Shown here: positions 47,855 through 61,463 of the stretch, piece after piece | Position numbering within the stretch: position 1 is the stretch's first letter | How the letters are laid out: each line of letters starts with the position of its first letter | Assembly: GCA_964106645.2 (NCBI GenBank) | Contig: OZ067043.1 | Reading direction: 5' to 3' (one strand) | Length of the DNA: 64,000 bases | Source of the DNA: Podarcis pityusensis | Lineage: Eukaryota | Position numbers and translations under genes: made by a program | Notes under the pieces: generated by a model | The model's input: only the letters and a program-made list of their open reading frames with translations | Told to the model about the DNA's origin: nothing | Databases searched by the model: none

Positions 47855-47865
47855 TTTGCACTTTA
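47855..47865 (+). promoter_or_regulatory. Composite miRNA seed site TTTGCACTTTA (miR-19, miR-130/301, miR-17/20/93/106)
   Basis: Contains TTTGCAC, TTGCACT and the 8mer GCACTTTA, ~50 nt after the stop. Confidence 0.55.
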
Positions 47866-49978
47866 AAACTGGAAAAATTAAGCTTTTGTTAACACTATGA
47901 GGGGGTGGGTGCGTGATTGAGAACAGTTGTTCCATAATTCTGAATCGTCTATGCATTTGTCAACAAACAGGATCAGGGCAGCTTCTATACTACAAAATGG
48001 CTATGCTATCTTTGCAGCTAATACACTTCTGTTACGGATTAGAAACAATGGTCATGTTTTAAGACAATTGCAGTCATGTATTCAATGCTCAAACGGGTGC
48101 AGAGATCACTGGGGAGTAAATAAAAGGAAAGGAAATGTAAACATTTCTGATGTTTGTAGGTGAACTTATTATGAAGACCTCCATTCTGACCTCACTATAC
48201 TGCTGCTTATGGTTAATTTCTCTAGACATTAAAATTATCGTTTACATTATCTTGACCAGATTATTGGTTGAAGTACCTCCAAGACATGTCGGAATATTCT
48301 ATAGAGATGTACAGAGAAAGAAAGCAGCATGACTGAGGGTACCTTCTACGTCTGTCCCAAGCAAAGCAGAATCTCTCTAGAAGCTGTATGTAAATTACGC
48401 TTGCAGTTTTGTGTGTATAAATAGGATAGTTTAACTTTATTTTTCTTTATTTGTGATAAAACTGTTCCCTAAGCCTGATGACATAGCAAAAATCTGCCCT
48501 CGTAAGTTTTGAGACAGCCTGTCACAGGCGTGAGAATTGTTAGGCTTAAAAAAAATAAGTTACCATGGAAATTTGTTCTTTTTGTAGTTGGCCCTGGGTT
48601 TTTTTTTAGGTAACTTTTTATTTTCCCATTTGGTGTGCATTTATCCCCACCATTAAGCCTGCACTTATCTAACACTTTATAGTAGCAGCACTCTGTAAAG
48701 CTAGCCTGTGAAAACTGTAATAGTTTGGCTGCTGTTGCATGTTTTGCTTTCACTTCAGGCTGAGAAGTTTGCACTCTGTCTCACCTAAGATGGCACTTAT
48801 GAGAAGAACGGCTTGAGCCCTCTCACTGCAGCGTACAAAGCCAGCAATGAGAGTAAGCAAAAGAACACGAGCACGTTCCTATTAAATCCGATTTCCATCC
48901 CTGAGCAACTGATAGTCCCGTGGAAAGAGCTGTGTCCACATAAGAGAGAAAGCAGACCTAAGCTTCAACAAGACACAGGCTGCTGTTATTCAAGGCTGGC
49001 CACACACCCCCATGGGTAAGGAGGACAGAGTTTCTGGCCTTTTAAAGAGCAATCTAAAATTGGAGCAGCATGGGCAAAACGGTGAGCATTCAAGGGTAAG
49101 GTGGGGACAGCAGTTGCTCCAAGCCTGTCAAGAAATTATTTTTTTAAAGCAAACATATAGCAGTGAGAGCTGTAATAGTTAACTTTCCTCTGTGGGTAGG
49201 AAATCACTAGTTGAGCAAGGTGCTACTGCTTGCCTAAGATTAGTAATAACAAAAAAAGCCCTCCTAGTACAACCTATGTAAACTGCAACTAGAACATAAG
49301 GAAGACAAGGCATTAGAACTAGACCACAAATTAAATGGCTGGAGAAGTTAACCCCACCTGAATACAAACACTTCTACTGAGTTTATTAATGGTGGGCCAT
49401 ATGCTATGAAGACAGTTAAATTCTTAGCCCATGCTGAACCTGAAAAGAACTCAGGTGCTCAATATTCTGCCCTGGGAGACAGGGTGGGCATAAAGAGGCT
49501 CCTTTGCAGAAGAAGGGCCTTACATTTCCTGCTCTTTCTTTTCCTTGCATATAAAAAGTTGCTTTTAAATTTTACTTCCTTCTGTGACAACGTTCAGTTT
49601 TACAGACGGAAGCTCAACTCTATTTAGATTTTACATGGCTGCAGTAGATTCCTACTTCAAGAGATGGCATTCCAATTTTACCACAGAAGTAGCTTTTTCA
49701 ATAACTTTGTTTTGCTATTAAACTTACTGATAGATGGAAAATACTGACTTTTCCTTCCTCCTTTCCCCCCTGCAGAAAATCATTTGTTTGGGTTATGTTT
49801 GTGCAAAATGCTATTGACTGACTGGTTTGCTTCAACCATAGCCTTTAAAATGACCTTAAAATTTACCATATTGTTAAGAAATGAGTACTTGTTTAAAGAG
49901 AAAAATGTACTTTTAAAATTCAGTTACACTGCAAAAGACTGCATATTATATTTTTATTTTCAACATGTAGTTTTGTAT

Positions 49979-49999
49979 ATTAAATTTATTAAAATTAAA
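49979..49999. terminator. Poly(A) signal cluster: ATTAAA x3 on + (ZFYVE9) and AATAAA on - (49985-49990)
   Basis: ATTAAATTTATTAAAATTAAA, preceded by a U-rich TGTA-containing tract. Confidence 0.55.
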
Positions 50000-50459
50000 A
50001 ACTGAATATTGTATTGTCTCTATCCACTTAAGATAAACAAACTCTGCCTCGTTGGCAGACTTAGTTCTATATTCAGGTACACACCTAGGTTTAACATTCT
50101 AGAAAACAGGCAACTCTTTCTTTTGTCAAATTACTGTTTCAACTTACACCCAAATGCTGTGCTTCTCAAAATCCTTAAACAGTAAAAAGTTTAATTCTTC
50201 CTCTCCACTGAAAAAGAACACAAGAACATGGGCAGATTGAGGAAAACAGCTTAATAATAAATCAGCTACTAGCCATCTCAATATGGTATGGGCCTTTCCA
50301 AAAGGCTCATGATAATGTTGCTTTAGAGCAAGGTTATGAGTAAACTTACAGAGAAAGTTGGGGGGGGGGGGGATGCAGTGATGGTTTTAAAAAAAATTCA
50401 TTGCAGGCAATGTCAAATGCATATTCATGCTGCTGTTAACAGTAATATGCTTAACCTAA

Positions 50460-50869
50460 TGCTGTGTGCAAGAATAGAATTTATTCCAGGGCTAGGAAAC
50501 ACTATCTTATTTGCAAGTTTACATGATAAACTTCCACTGCTGCAGCCCATCTTAGTATATTGTCAGCCATTAAAACCAAACCTTTTTGCCCTCGCCTGCA
50601 AACATGCCCTTTGCATAATAACAGCAGCCCAATGGGTAACAGTCACGTAGTACTAACATTGCTACTTTCAGCAAGGTTTAAGGTAGGTCTATCTTTGTGG
50701 ATCAGCACCTTCTTTCCCAGTAGTAGACTTACAAAGCTTACCAACTCATACTATATGATAGTTATGAAAATAAAGATGTTATGTTCAGTAGTGCATTCGT
50801 TGAACATCTTTGGTGCTTGCAGAAGCTCTATGTATAAAGTCCATTCTGCAGCTTTTAGCATTTCTGTAT
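50460..50869 (-). other. CC2D1B: CC2D1B probable non-coding terminal exon (3' end uncertain)
   Basis: Minus-strand acceptor TTTTTTTTCTTGTCACCCACAG|ATA at 50870. AATAAA on - at 50480-50485, with a distal alternative at 49985-49990. Confidence 0.5.
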
Positions 50870-51281
50870 CTGTGGGTGACAAGAAAAAAAATAGGAATGT
50901 TGCTTTAGAGGAATAATGGAAGGATTAATGAAAGATGATCAAACATCCATGATAGAAGTACAGAGTCTTCCTAGTGTGCTCTCAAACATTAACTGAAGGC
51001 AAGTCCATTAAAACCACTCAAATATAAAGTTTTAGAAATTTATAAGGGACCACAACCCTTCTTTAAGGATTCCTTCCTGTGGCTACATTGTCCTTTTGTT
51101 GGACGGTGACTCATTTTAATTTTAAAGATGAATTGTTTGCTATCTTGCATATTTTTAAACAGAAAACTGCTTCATGCATGTATCTATAGAATACATTCAC
51201 TTGTGGTAATCAAAGCAAAATCTTGAGATTGCTCATGCCAATTGCCATCCTAAAAGACAGATGTACATACCTTAGGTGGAA

Positions 51282-51401
51282 CTAATGTTCAAGGACTAGC
51301 CAATTTTCTGTAATTGTTTGAAGATCCTGCCCACTTAGTGGCTCCCTGAGTCTCACTTTTACTTCTAATTTCCCTCCAGTAGGCTTCCTGCCATCCAAAA
51401 C
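51282..51401 (-). CDS. CC2D1B: CC2D1B last coding exon (exon continues to donor at 51271/51270)
   Basis: VLDGRKPTGGKLEVKVRLREPLSGQDLQTITENWLVLEH*. Confidence 0.94.
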   Translation of the reverse strand, partial: VLDGRKPTGGKLEVKVRLREPLSGQDLQTITENWLVLEH

Positions 51402-53652
51402 CTAGACACAGAAGCAACATGAGAAGTTTAATCACAAGAGACATAACCTAGAGAACTGCAATTGGCTTTGAACATTCAGTAGGGTTTTGGACTTCACTTG
51501 TGGCAGCTGTATGTATGGCAGGTGGGATCCAAAACAAAAAGTTCAGTGTGGATTGCTCAGTCATATTCTCTAGGATATGGGAAAAAAAACCCTGTTAGTC
51601 AGCATTTCCTGCCTGGTGAGCACATTTGGTCCTCATTGGGTTTTTTTTCCCCAAAGGGGATTGTCTCGTGCCCGTAGGTTTTTTTCACTACTATATTCCC
51701 CCCTACTTTTGCCAACCTTGGTGTTTCCCTGTAGCTGCTAGTACTTCTTCTTTGGTGGAGGTGGCAGGGGGTGGGGGTGGCCTAGACCACCAACAGTGCT
51801 TATGTTGGAGCATCAAACAGGGAATGATACTACAAAGTTTACATGGCCAAACATTAGCATCATTAATTCCTTTCAGATCCTGATTTGTCACAGGAAGCCA
51901 ACAAACTACCCCGCCACCCCCCCCCCCATTGATAGAAGTGGTTTAAATCCGTTGGCATGGCATCCCTTCTGGAGAGGATAAAATTGCCAAATTGTAGGCA
52001 AATAGGCAACATTTTAAAATGGTTTAAAAAAAATATGAAATGTAACTTTTCAGAATTGGATGAAATTTGCAAGAAGGTTTACCCTTTCTGAGGGCAGCAA
52101 TCCCACCAAATTTCAGAAGCTGCAGCTGTTTCCCCACAAGGCTAATAGGTAGAGTTTAGAGTGGATTAAAAAATCACTTAATATCCTTGGGTTTTTTTGT
52201 GGGTAATTGCCATTGTAGTAGGAAACCTGCCAGATTACAGACAAATAGAGCTAGGTGCTTTTGTGCTAAGCACCGTTGGGGGTGGGAAGAACTAAAAGTA
52301 GGGGGACCTTCCAGGTAAAATATTTCCCTCTGATTCAAAGCTTGACATGTCAGCCACAATATAAGCTCTCCTTTTCCCTGTTGCATAATCAAGTTTAGAG
52401 ACATGACTTTTGTTTTCAGCAGCATTTTCTAAAAATAACTGACTGAGGTGTCACAAAGGCCTTTGGGGGTTCCTGCTTTGCCTAGGGGAAAAAAATCCCT
52501 CTAAGGCATCCCGTATCGCATCATAAATTGGAATTAAGCTGAATATAATGTGTATCTCTAATATCTGAACACAGGCACCACTTTTTTCAAAGTGGCACAG
52601 CACCAGTTGCAGTGCATAAAAGCTAATTCCAGAGGTGTTTACATACACACAAGGGAGAGACTGTAACTGAATCTCTCCACCACAGTCCAGTAGAAGCAAA
52701 CTTGGCTCTCCAAGCTTCCCTACTCCTTTGCTGCCAGAATTCCCTGTGGTCATCGCTCTCCTCCCTTCCTTAGGACTTTTGGGGAGCTATGTTAGTCAGC
52801 ACACTATTTTTGTGCTACCCCCCAACAACATCCTTGGAAAATTCTAGTTGTGCCTTAAGGAAGACCTGCATCCCCATGGGCAACCCTAGTTTCCAAGCAC
52901 ATTTATATCAGCATATGGCAGGTACAGCCTGTGCAAGTAACGAAACTCCTATGAATGAGGAAAGTCAGTGCAGCATATCCTGTTTTACAAACACACTTTC
53001 AGCAGGACTACTGTGCAAAGAAGAAGAAAAAGGTAGTCCTTACCACAGCTTTCTTTGAGAACAAGAAAGGTACGGTACCTCAATAATTTCTCTGATTTCA
53101 CATTCAAATTCCAGTTTGTCCAGTTTCAAGTGTGCTGTCCCCACTTGCTTGTCACTTCTGAAAAAGGACCTGGGGAAGGGGAGGCATGTCAGTGCAAGAT
53201 TCAGTTTCTTCTCCTAACTTCCACGATGGGAATCGGCAAAAGAACCCCAAAGACTCTCAGGATCTCAAATTGAGACACAGATCCTTCCCAACTCATACCT
53301 CCAAGGTTAAAAGCGGGTTATAATGCCATTGTTCAGTAGTGCTGCCAACAAAAGCCGTAGGCAAGGGTCAAAAATATTTTGCACTGTATAAACTAGAGAG
53401 TAGAATGATGTTAAAATGAACAAAAATCACTAGTGTTATGTTCAGTGATCAGACGTGTTTTAGGCTAAGGAAGCAACTGAATGGAATGACCTATTTATTT
53501 CCAAATACGCCTAAAGATCATGGCTTGGTTCACAAAAAAAAAGAACAGTGCAGAACAGTGCAGAAGGGGAGGGGATTCTCAGGTGCACAGGGAAAAGGCC
53601 CAATGCATTTTGATGAAAGTCTTCAGCAGCACTGAGAGGCAAAATTGTAAAC

Positions 53653-53690
<38 letters not shown>

Positions 53691-56600
53691 GTGCTTCCTG
53701 CAGGCTCCCTCACTTTCAAGTGAGTACAGATTTGGAGACAGAGCTTGCAGAAAAGCAGAGCAGTAGTGCTTCTCAGTGGCTCTGAAGACTTTCCTCAAAA
53801 CATGTCAGGCCTAATAAACTATCTCCCTATGAGCTCTGCCCCCACCCCTTCTGTTAGGAGGAGCCACAGCAAGGCTTGAGCTTATCTGCTCCTATTTGTT
53901 TGAGTGCAAGGAAAGATTAGAGGCTTCTGCTTCTAGTCTGCAGCAAATTGCAAGTGCTCTTCAGCTGTTAGTCACATGAAAGGGCTACTGTGGTGGAAGG
54001 GGCTGTGGCAGGGACACGTTTTTAATACTACCGTCAAAAGCCATATGAGTCTTTCTGTCCCTGAAGTTCATAGCACAACTTCTGAAGTGGGGGTCCTGTT
54101 TCTGCGTGTGGAGGCTTCAGACCTCAGAAATTACACCCCAACATGGCAAGGGTGGGAGATTCCATGTGACTTCGGAAGGTGGGGTGAAATGTACAGCCCT
54201 GCTACACCCTTCATGTGAATGGCTCCTGAAGAGCTCACCCTCAAATCACATTCAAAGGTTCTGGTTGCTGCATTTGGGCAAAAGGGCAAACTAGAAAGAA
54301 AAGCTCTCCCTTGCATGTAAAGGAAGGAGCATGCAATCCTGCTAATGGCCTGTCATTTCATCTGAATCAAACCCACTTGTGGGGCTTGCCATAGTGTGAA
54401 CTTAAGAACAGCAAACTCACCTATGGCCCTCCCTCTTACAGCTTAAAAATAGTATTGCCTTCCACACTTTTTGGCCACTAGAAATTTTGGATGCATGCTT
54501 ACAAGAGACATGACCACTCCCGCAAACAGATCCTATTAATATTCTTTCCCACTGTTTTCTTCTAGCCTAAACAATCATGCACCCCATCCCAATGAAGACA
54601 CTTGTACAATCTTAAAACTATACACCCGTGAAACAGGAACTAAGTTGTAGTCAATGCTATATCACAATTATACATTATAGTGCTTATTATAAGCAAATTA
54701 TTTTGGCCACTAAGGAATCCTTTCAAACAGTTTCCTTAACGCCAGACAACTTGACACTAAAGGCCACGCTGCAAATAAGGGCAGCTATTCTTACTGTTAT
54801 ATGCCAAATTGACTTAAGATATTCAGTGTGAGATACAGATGTAGCCTTGTAGTACTCAACCAAAAGGAGAAAAGCATCTTAAGTTCATCATGGAAGATTT
54901 CCACCCTCCCGCACCACAACAGTCATGTGGGTGCATGTCCTGTTTCAGCTGTGGCTTAGATCCCTTGGGGGCAACAGGCATCAGAAGCAGTGAACTGGCC
55001 TGCTTGGCAAAGGGGATTCTGTGTTTTGATATGGAATCAGCACAAAAATGCATTAAGGTCTACAGGATGAAAAGATTGACAGCCCCTGATCCCTGCTGAA
55101 CTGCCAGCCTTAGTATACAGGCCTAGTAGTATAGAGCCAAAATTCTCAGGAGTTTTCACAGCTTTTGGCTTTAGTAGAGTATTAACAACACCCAAATACA
55201 GCGCCTGTCCGTCATCTAAGAAGATCAAGCAGAAGACCAATATTACGTGACTGTAGTCTAAAAGTTCAAGCACTGCAAATGTCTGAAAGACGTATCTGCT
55301 GCATATGAGCAAATCTCTACAAAGACTTCAAAATAGTTCCTTCCCATATTCTCAATTATATCTTCAGCTACCCTGTAGCTAAAAATTCCAAACACACAAC
55401 GATGCCTACAGATTGTATGCGACAAAGAGTTACATTTTTTTTAGCTCCAAAAGAAATCTGGGAATTGTTTTAAAGCAGAATTAACAAAGTCCTTGAGCTC
55501 AAGCAATCAAACTGTTTCCCATTAGGCATGAACCCCTACTCACCCTTTGTGGAAGATTTCAAATTTAATTCCTTTAGCCTGAATCGCTCTTCGGAAACCT
55601 CTGTGATTTCGGTTAATGTTCAGCTTGAACAGCTGATCATATTCTGGAAATGCACAGACAGATAATCAGATACAAACAGCTGATGAGACGACTCTGAACC
55701 AAATAAAAGATCAAGAAAAGCATGTGGTCAACACCTCAAAATAAGCAGGTGGGAGATATTTTGCCATGGAAAAACCTTTCAATCAAGTAGGCCCCACAGG
55801 TGCATATCTGAGAGGTACAGATTGTACTGAATGACACAGTGACTTGGTCCCTACGTTTTCCTTTGCCAGAAGAAGAAGCCAAGACAAAGGACTGCAAGTC
55901 CTTCTGTATATTACCCTATTCAGTAAGTTGTTTTTTTTTTTTTTTAAAAAGAACCTGCAAAAAAAGTGCTACAGGATTCATGCTAAATAGCTGTGAAATA
56001 ATAGATCCCAAACAATTCTATGCAGTTGGGGGTAAGAGGGTGACATCTTTTCTGTGGCAAAATGAACAGCAGTGTTGGATTTCTAAGGGACAGAATGCAG
56101 AGGGATCCAAATATTCCAGGTACAAGTCCTTCTGGAGTCGTATAGCTCAGTAGCAGAGCATGCACAGAGTTCCAGGCCCAGCCTTTGGCCATCTCCAGTT
56201 AGCCTGTTGAGAGCTGCTGCCACTATACAGAGCAGTGTTGCAAGTTAGGTTAACACCGTCACAGATGCGGAAATCGCTTAATTAAGAAACCCACAATACA
56301 AAATTACTACTGCTCTGAAATGAGAGTCTTTGAATTCTGTTCAGGTAGCCGATGCAAACATAAAATGGAACTAACCCTTTTCAGCCTAGCTCTGAAATGA
56401 AAATCCAAGAAAAGACAACGTAACGATGGCAATAATAGTATAAGCACATGCACCCACCTGGGCAGTTGGTATTTTTTATCACTGATGTTTTACTTTTCTG
56501 AGCTTGCTCCTGTTTTAATAAAAGCAAAACATAGGTTAACAAAACCCTAAAACTAAACACCTACAGCCACACACCATTAATATTCAGCAGAAATCACAAC

Positions 56601-59600
56601 ATCTTTGTTTGCTTTTCATTTGGAAAGAAAGTCCTGCATAAGTGTAGATAAAGTTTTCTTGGGCACAGCCCATTCAATATGGAACAAAATGCAAATACTG
56701 AGATTCAATACGAAATATACAAGAGATAGAAACAAATGGCGCATGGGGATGTTAAAAAGATAGGTTAGATCCAATGCTAGCATTGCAACCACCATTCAGT
56801 CATTTTGCTTTGCCGTAGAACAAGAGCCTGGTGCAGGTAGATTTCTCCAGGACCTTTTCATTTGTCTTCCTTGTCCCCAAGAAGGGAATGGGTATGGATC
56901 TTCAGAGGTTGCAACAAACGTGCTCCAAAGAGATTGTTTAGCAATTACTATTCTTTTTAACAACCCAATCATACAACAAAACAAATTAACTTCTAGCCCA
57001 AAGCACAGAATAAGTCTCTAGGGCGTGAACAAGGACAAGGTGACCCAATTACTGCCAGCACTTCTAGATGATATCCTAGTTATCAAGCAACATAGCCCTT
57101 TCTCTATTTCAGAGGCAGCTCCTTCCCCAGCTGCCTCTCAAGCATCACATATACAACCCTATTAGAAATGCCATTCTCTTTTCTACTGTGATAAGGCCAC
57201 CAGAGATGCCACCAGTGACCCTGCCTTCCTAACTATTCTCAGAAAAGCCAGTGCAGTTCTCTGTCCTTGCCTTTACTTGTGAAGACCAAGCTCCCCCCCC
57301 CCCCCCGCCCCACCATGGGCTGGTTGCTCTAAAGCAGGGATGTGTAAGTCAAGCCACTCCAGAGGACCACCTTTTCACTTTTGTTAATTCAAGAGAGCTG
57401 AAGGGTGGCATAATGGTCAGAATGTTGAACTATGACCTGGGAGACCAGGGTTAGAATTCCCACTCAGCCACGAAGCTCACTGAATGACCTTGGGCCAGTC
57501 ACCACCTCCCAGCCTAACCTACTTCACTGGGTTGTTGTCAAGATAAAACGGGGATGAGAACGATGTGCACCAAACAGGTGGTATATAAATGTAATAAGCT
57601 CATTTCTGTGTATCTCCCCCCCCACCTCAGTGATTTCTTTTCAGCCTTGTTAACCCCCTTTAGCACATTCTTTCCCCTCCTGATCTCTCTGTAGCCTTGT
57701 TTTTTCCTCTCTATTTCTCATTAACACCCATGATCGTCTCTTTGCAGCACCATAGATCTTGCTTTGTCCCGATCTCTTTTGTCTCAGTTATCCCACTCAC
57801 TTCAAAAGTTGATAGGGCTTCTCTGCACCTTTATTTTATGCTCTGCTTCTACCCCTGTCCTGATATTTACACGGCTGCTCGCTTAACGCAGCAGCAATGC
57901 ACAAGTCATCCATTCTCCCAATCTTTGCATATATTACATGGCGGCAAACTGAGGGTTTGCATCTGAATATACTTGATAGGGAACTGTCACCCTAGGGCCT
58001 AAAAATTAAGGAGGGAGCAAAAGCCTTGATGTGTACTCACTGTATTCGGGTAATGGAATTCAAATTTCACAAATGCGTCCAAATCATTGGGTGCCACACC
58101 TGTGCAAAGAGAGGAATTTAGCTGAGCAAACCGCTGCAGGAACAAAAAGAAAAATGGGCCAAATCTTATGAACACAAGACTGCCGATTATCTCACAGGAA
58201 AGAAGAGGCCTCTGCTCAGAGATGCTTGTTCCCGATTGTGACCCAATTTGCTTGATAAAAACAAAATGATCCTAACTACTGATTAACAGAGGTCAAGTTC
58301 TCAGCTCTATCAGCTGCAGGGAAGATTGCAGAGCAGGAAGGAATCTTAAAAATTCATGTCAATGGTAGACTACCTGGTGGAGCTGGTAGATTTATTCCTC
58401 GGACAATGATAAGATGCATTTCTGTGCTACTGAGTTCAGAAAATATTCTACAAAGCAAACAAAAAGAAAAAGTTTACTCCAGCAATCCGGAAGTACTTCA
58501 CATTGCAATACCAAATGTAGTGAACATGTAGAAATAGGAATCATGAAGAAATACACAGCATACTTGCTTTCTGACAACTAATTGCAGGGTGAAAACATGG
58601 TTTGTTGTTAGTTTATGAACCACAAAGCCTTGCTTAACCATGGTTTGTTTGGTCACTGCAGCCCAGGCACTCTCCAAGCTACAGAGGCACAAGGCAAGAG
58701 TAGCTGGAAAACCAACTAGCCTTGTCTGTTTGCCTACTGAACAAGCTGCAACTTAGTATTACATATGCAAACACAGGCAACATCAAGATATGAACAAAGT
58801 TAAAGCCCTTTGACTCAAGGGGCTGGGGGAGAGTGGTCCCATTTTCATGGCAGCCCCACATTTACTGAAATGCCTAGTTTCCACTATAAAACATTGGTCA
58901 CTTTTTTGGGAACAGAAATTCACAGTATTCCAGGTTGCTTGTTCTTGTAAGGTTCAGAAAGGTTTTGTAAAGCTCATCTATCTACAAAGATAAGACATTT
59001 GAAACCTTCCCATCTTTTGGACATCCATACCTTACAATTTTAAAGGTTCTCTCTTCAAAGTGGTGGCTTGGGGGATCCAGCCCCTGGGCCTGTGCAAGCT
59101 GTAAGATGTCCAGATCTTTTTTACAAATCTGAGCCAGCTTCTCAAACCTGAAACGCAACACAGAAATACACAACATATAGTAAAAGTGAGAAAGATCAGG
59201 AAGCATATTGCCAGAGCTGCTCTGGTTTCATTAATGTTATCAGTGGGTGGCTGCTAAACTCATGGAGGCAGCTCCTACTCAAATGAGAGAATGGCTGGGC
59301 TCCACTTAAGGCAGAAATAGCTCCTTGCCAGAGGTCAATGGGAAAGCTGTCTAGAAACTGAGCAAGCCGGTGGGGCACCAGAGGGACTTAACTTTCATTA
59401 CTGATGGGATTTGGGAGCTACCTTCATCAAGCAAGCACAGGGAGCAGAACACTGGTTGCTCAACATGAAATTTCCTTCTTGTTTGACATATGGAGAAAAC
59501 CACCATGTAGGCTGTAATTCTCCAGCTCACCCAATGTAGGGACATGCCATTGAGCTTCCCCTGATGTGAAAAAGTCAAGTTACACTTTACATAGTTGAGA

Positions 59601-61425
59601 AGGGAGGAACAACTTTTTCCTCAGCCACAAAATGATTAGACCCAAGGCATAAAGGCAAAATTCATTCTGCCAAGTGGAATTTGTATTGCACCCAATTGAG
59701 ATGTGCCTTCAATACTAAACTCATAATAAACCTACCGGGAAGTTTCAGATACATTTCCCAGATGTGTGAACTGCTTCGAATACTGCAAACATTTCTATTA
59801 ACAGAAAAAAGGAGGGAGAAGTCAGACCACAAGCTACCTTCAAAAACTGATCTGAGAGTATACAGTCATCTGCATAAAATCTGCTGCTGGATTATAGTAT
59901 TAGTACCATAACTCACAGATGTTAACACTGCCACTAGAAGTTCTCTCTTATTTCCTCTTAAAAACACACATACAGGGGACCCATAAAGAAGGCAGCAAAT
60001 TTTCTGAGCACCTTTATTTTCAAATCACTTTTGAAAGGAGAGAGAGGGTCACTGACGCTTGTGCATATATCATAAAAGAACAAGAGTTTAGAGTTGTATG
60101 CAAAATAATCCAGTTTAAAGTATAGAGAACATTCTACTTCCACTATAGGACCCTTAGCTATGTATAATGCTATAGGAGAGGAAGGAGGCACACACCTCAT
60201 GCTGGTCTCTCATTAGCTTGATGAGCTGAACGTACACCTCTTCTGCTTTCTGAGAGAGTCTGACATCTTCATGATGTATGATAATAAAGTCACCTTCATC
60301 ATCTGTAGGTGGTGATGGCAGCTACACAGCAACACACAATACATGTCAGAGCTTGTCTGGTAAAATTGTGACAGAGAAAGGTGAGCACTGACAAAGGGAC
60401 ACTCATTCAGAGCAGATAAAAAAGGGGTGGGGGAAGGATATCAGGAAAGGGTAGCAGGATACTTTTAAGGTTCCTGCCATACTGAGTTAATATGCTGTTA
60501 ATGCACTCTTCCCCACCCAATCTAGTGTCCTCAACATGCTACAGACTACAACTCTCATCACTGCATGGTTGCTGGCTGAGGCTGATGGGACTTGTAGTCG
60601 AAACCACATTGGAAAGGCTGTGCCAATACATCAGTTTTCTGAGACCTGCAGGTAACGACGAGGAATGATACATCCAACTGTCTTGAATTTCCAACAGCAC
60701 TGCAAGCATTTATCAATATGAGAAAACCAACTAGTGACTGCAAGTTTACCACACTCCTCAAGTAAGGTTTTAAACAATCTTGAAATGCCCTACGCTTCTG
60801 ATCATTACCACAGCAGTGATTCAAGATACCAAACAAGAAAATAGAAGACCAAAGGATTCCAGGGCAAATATAAATAGTTGACTACAGCTCATGCATATGA
60901 AAAAAATTGACCCATTACATCAGGGGTTGTCAACCTGGTTCCTACCGCCCACTAGTGGGCGTTTCAGGATTCTAGGTGGGCGGTAGGGGGTTCTACGGCA
61001 CAAGCTGAATCCTCCTTCCATCGAGCACTGGTGGGCGGCAAGGAAATTTTACCATCAAGAAAGATGCATTAGGGGGCGGTAGGTATAAAAAGGTTGACTA
61101 CCCCTGCTCTACATATTTTAATCCCAGCAGTAGAGATTCTCCCCTTCCTGCAGAGAAAAGTCTGCACTACATTCATATATGTTAAGGGACAACCATAAAC
61201 CCAGTCAGTTCTGTTCATCTTCCAAACTGGAGGCACCCAAAGTAACTTAAGGCAATATGTAAAAACAAAGTCTCATTTTTGTAACCTGCACGTATGTATT
61301 TTTATATGTGTGAAAATTGCAAAAATGTAAGGCCATCTAGGCAACAGAATTAGGTGCCTCCCTCCCCTTATTCCCTACAGAGTGGCTGGGGAAACTCAGC
61401 CAGATGGGTTGGGTATAAATAATAA

Positions 61426-61463
<38 letters not shown>

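Noticed and set aside
53654-53689. (CAG)12 as a polyQ/polyS/polyA coding tract
   Set aside because: It lies in a CC2D1B intron between frame-consistent exons, with no supporting splice sites.
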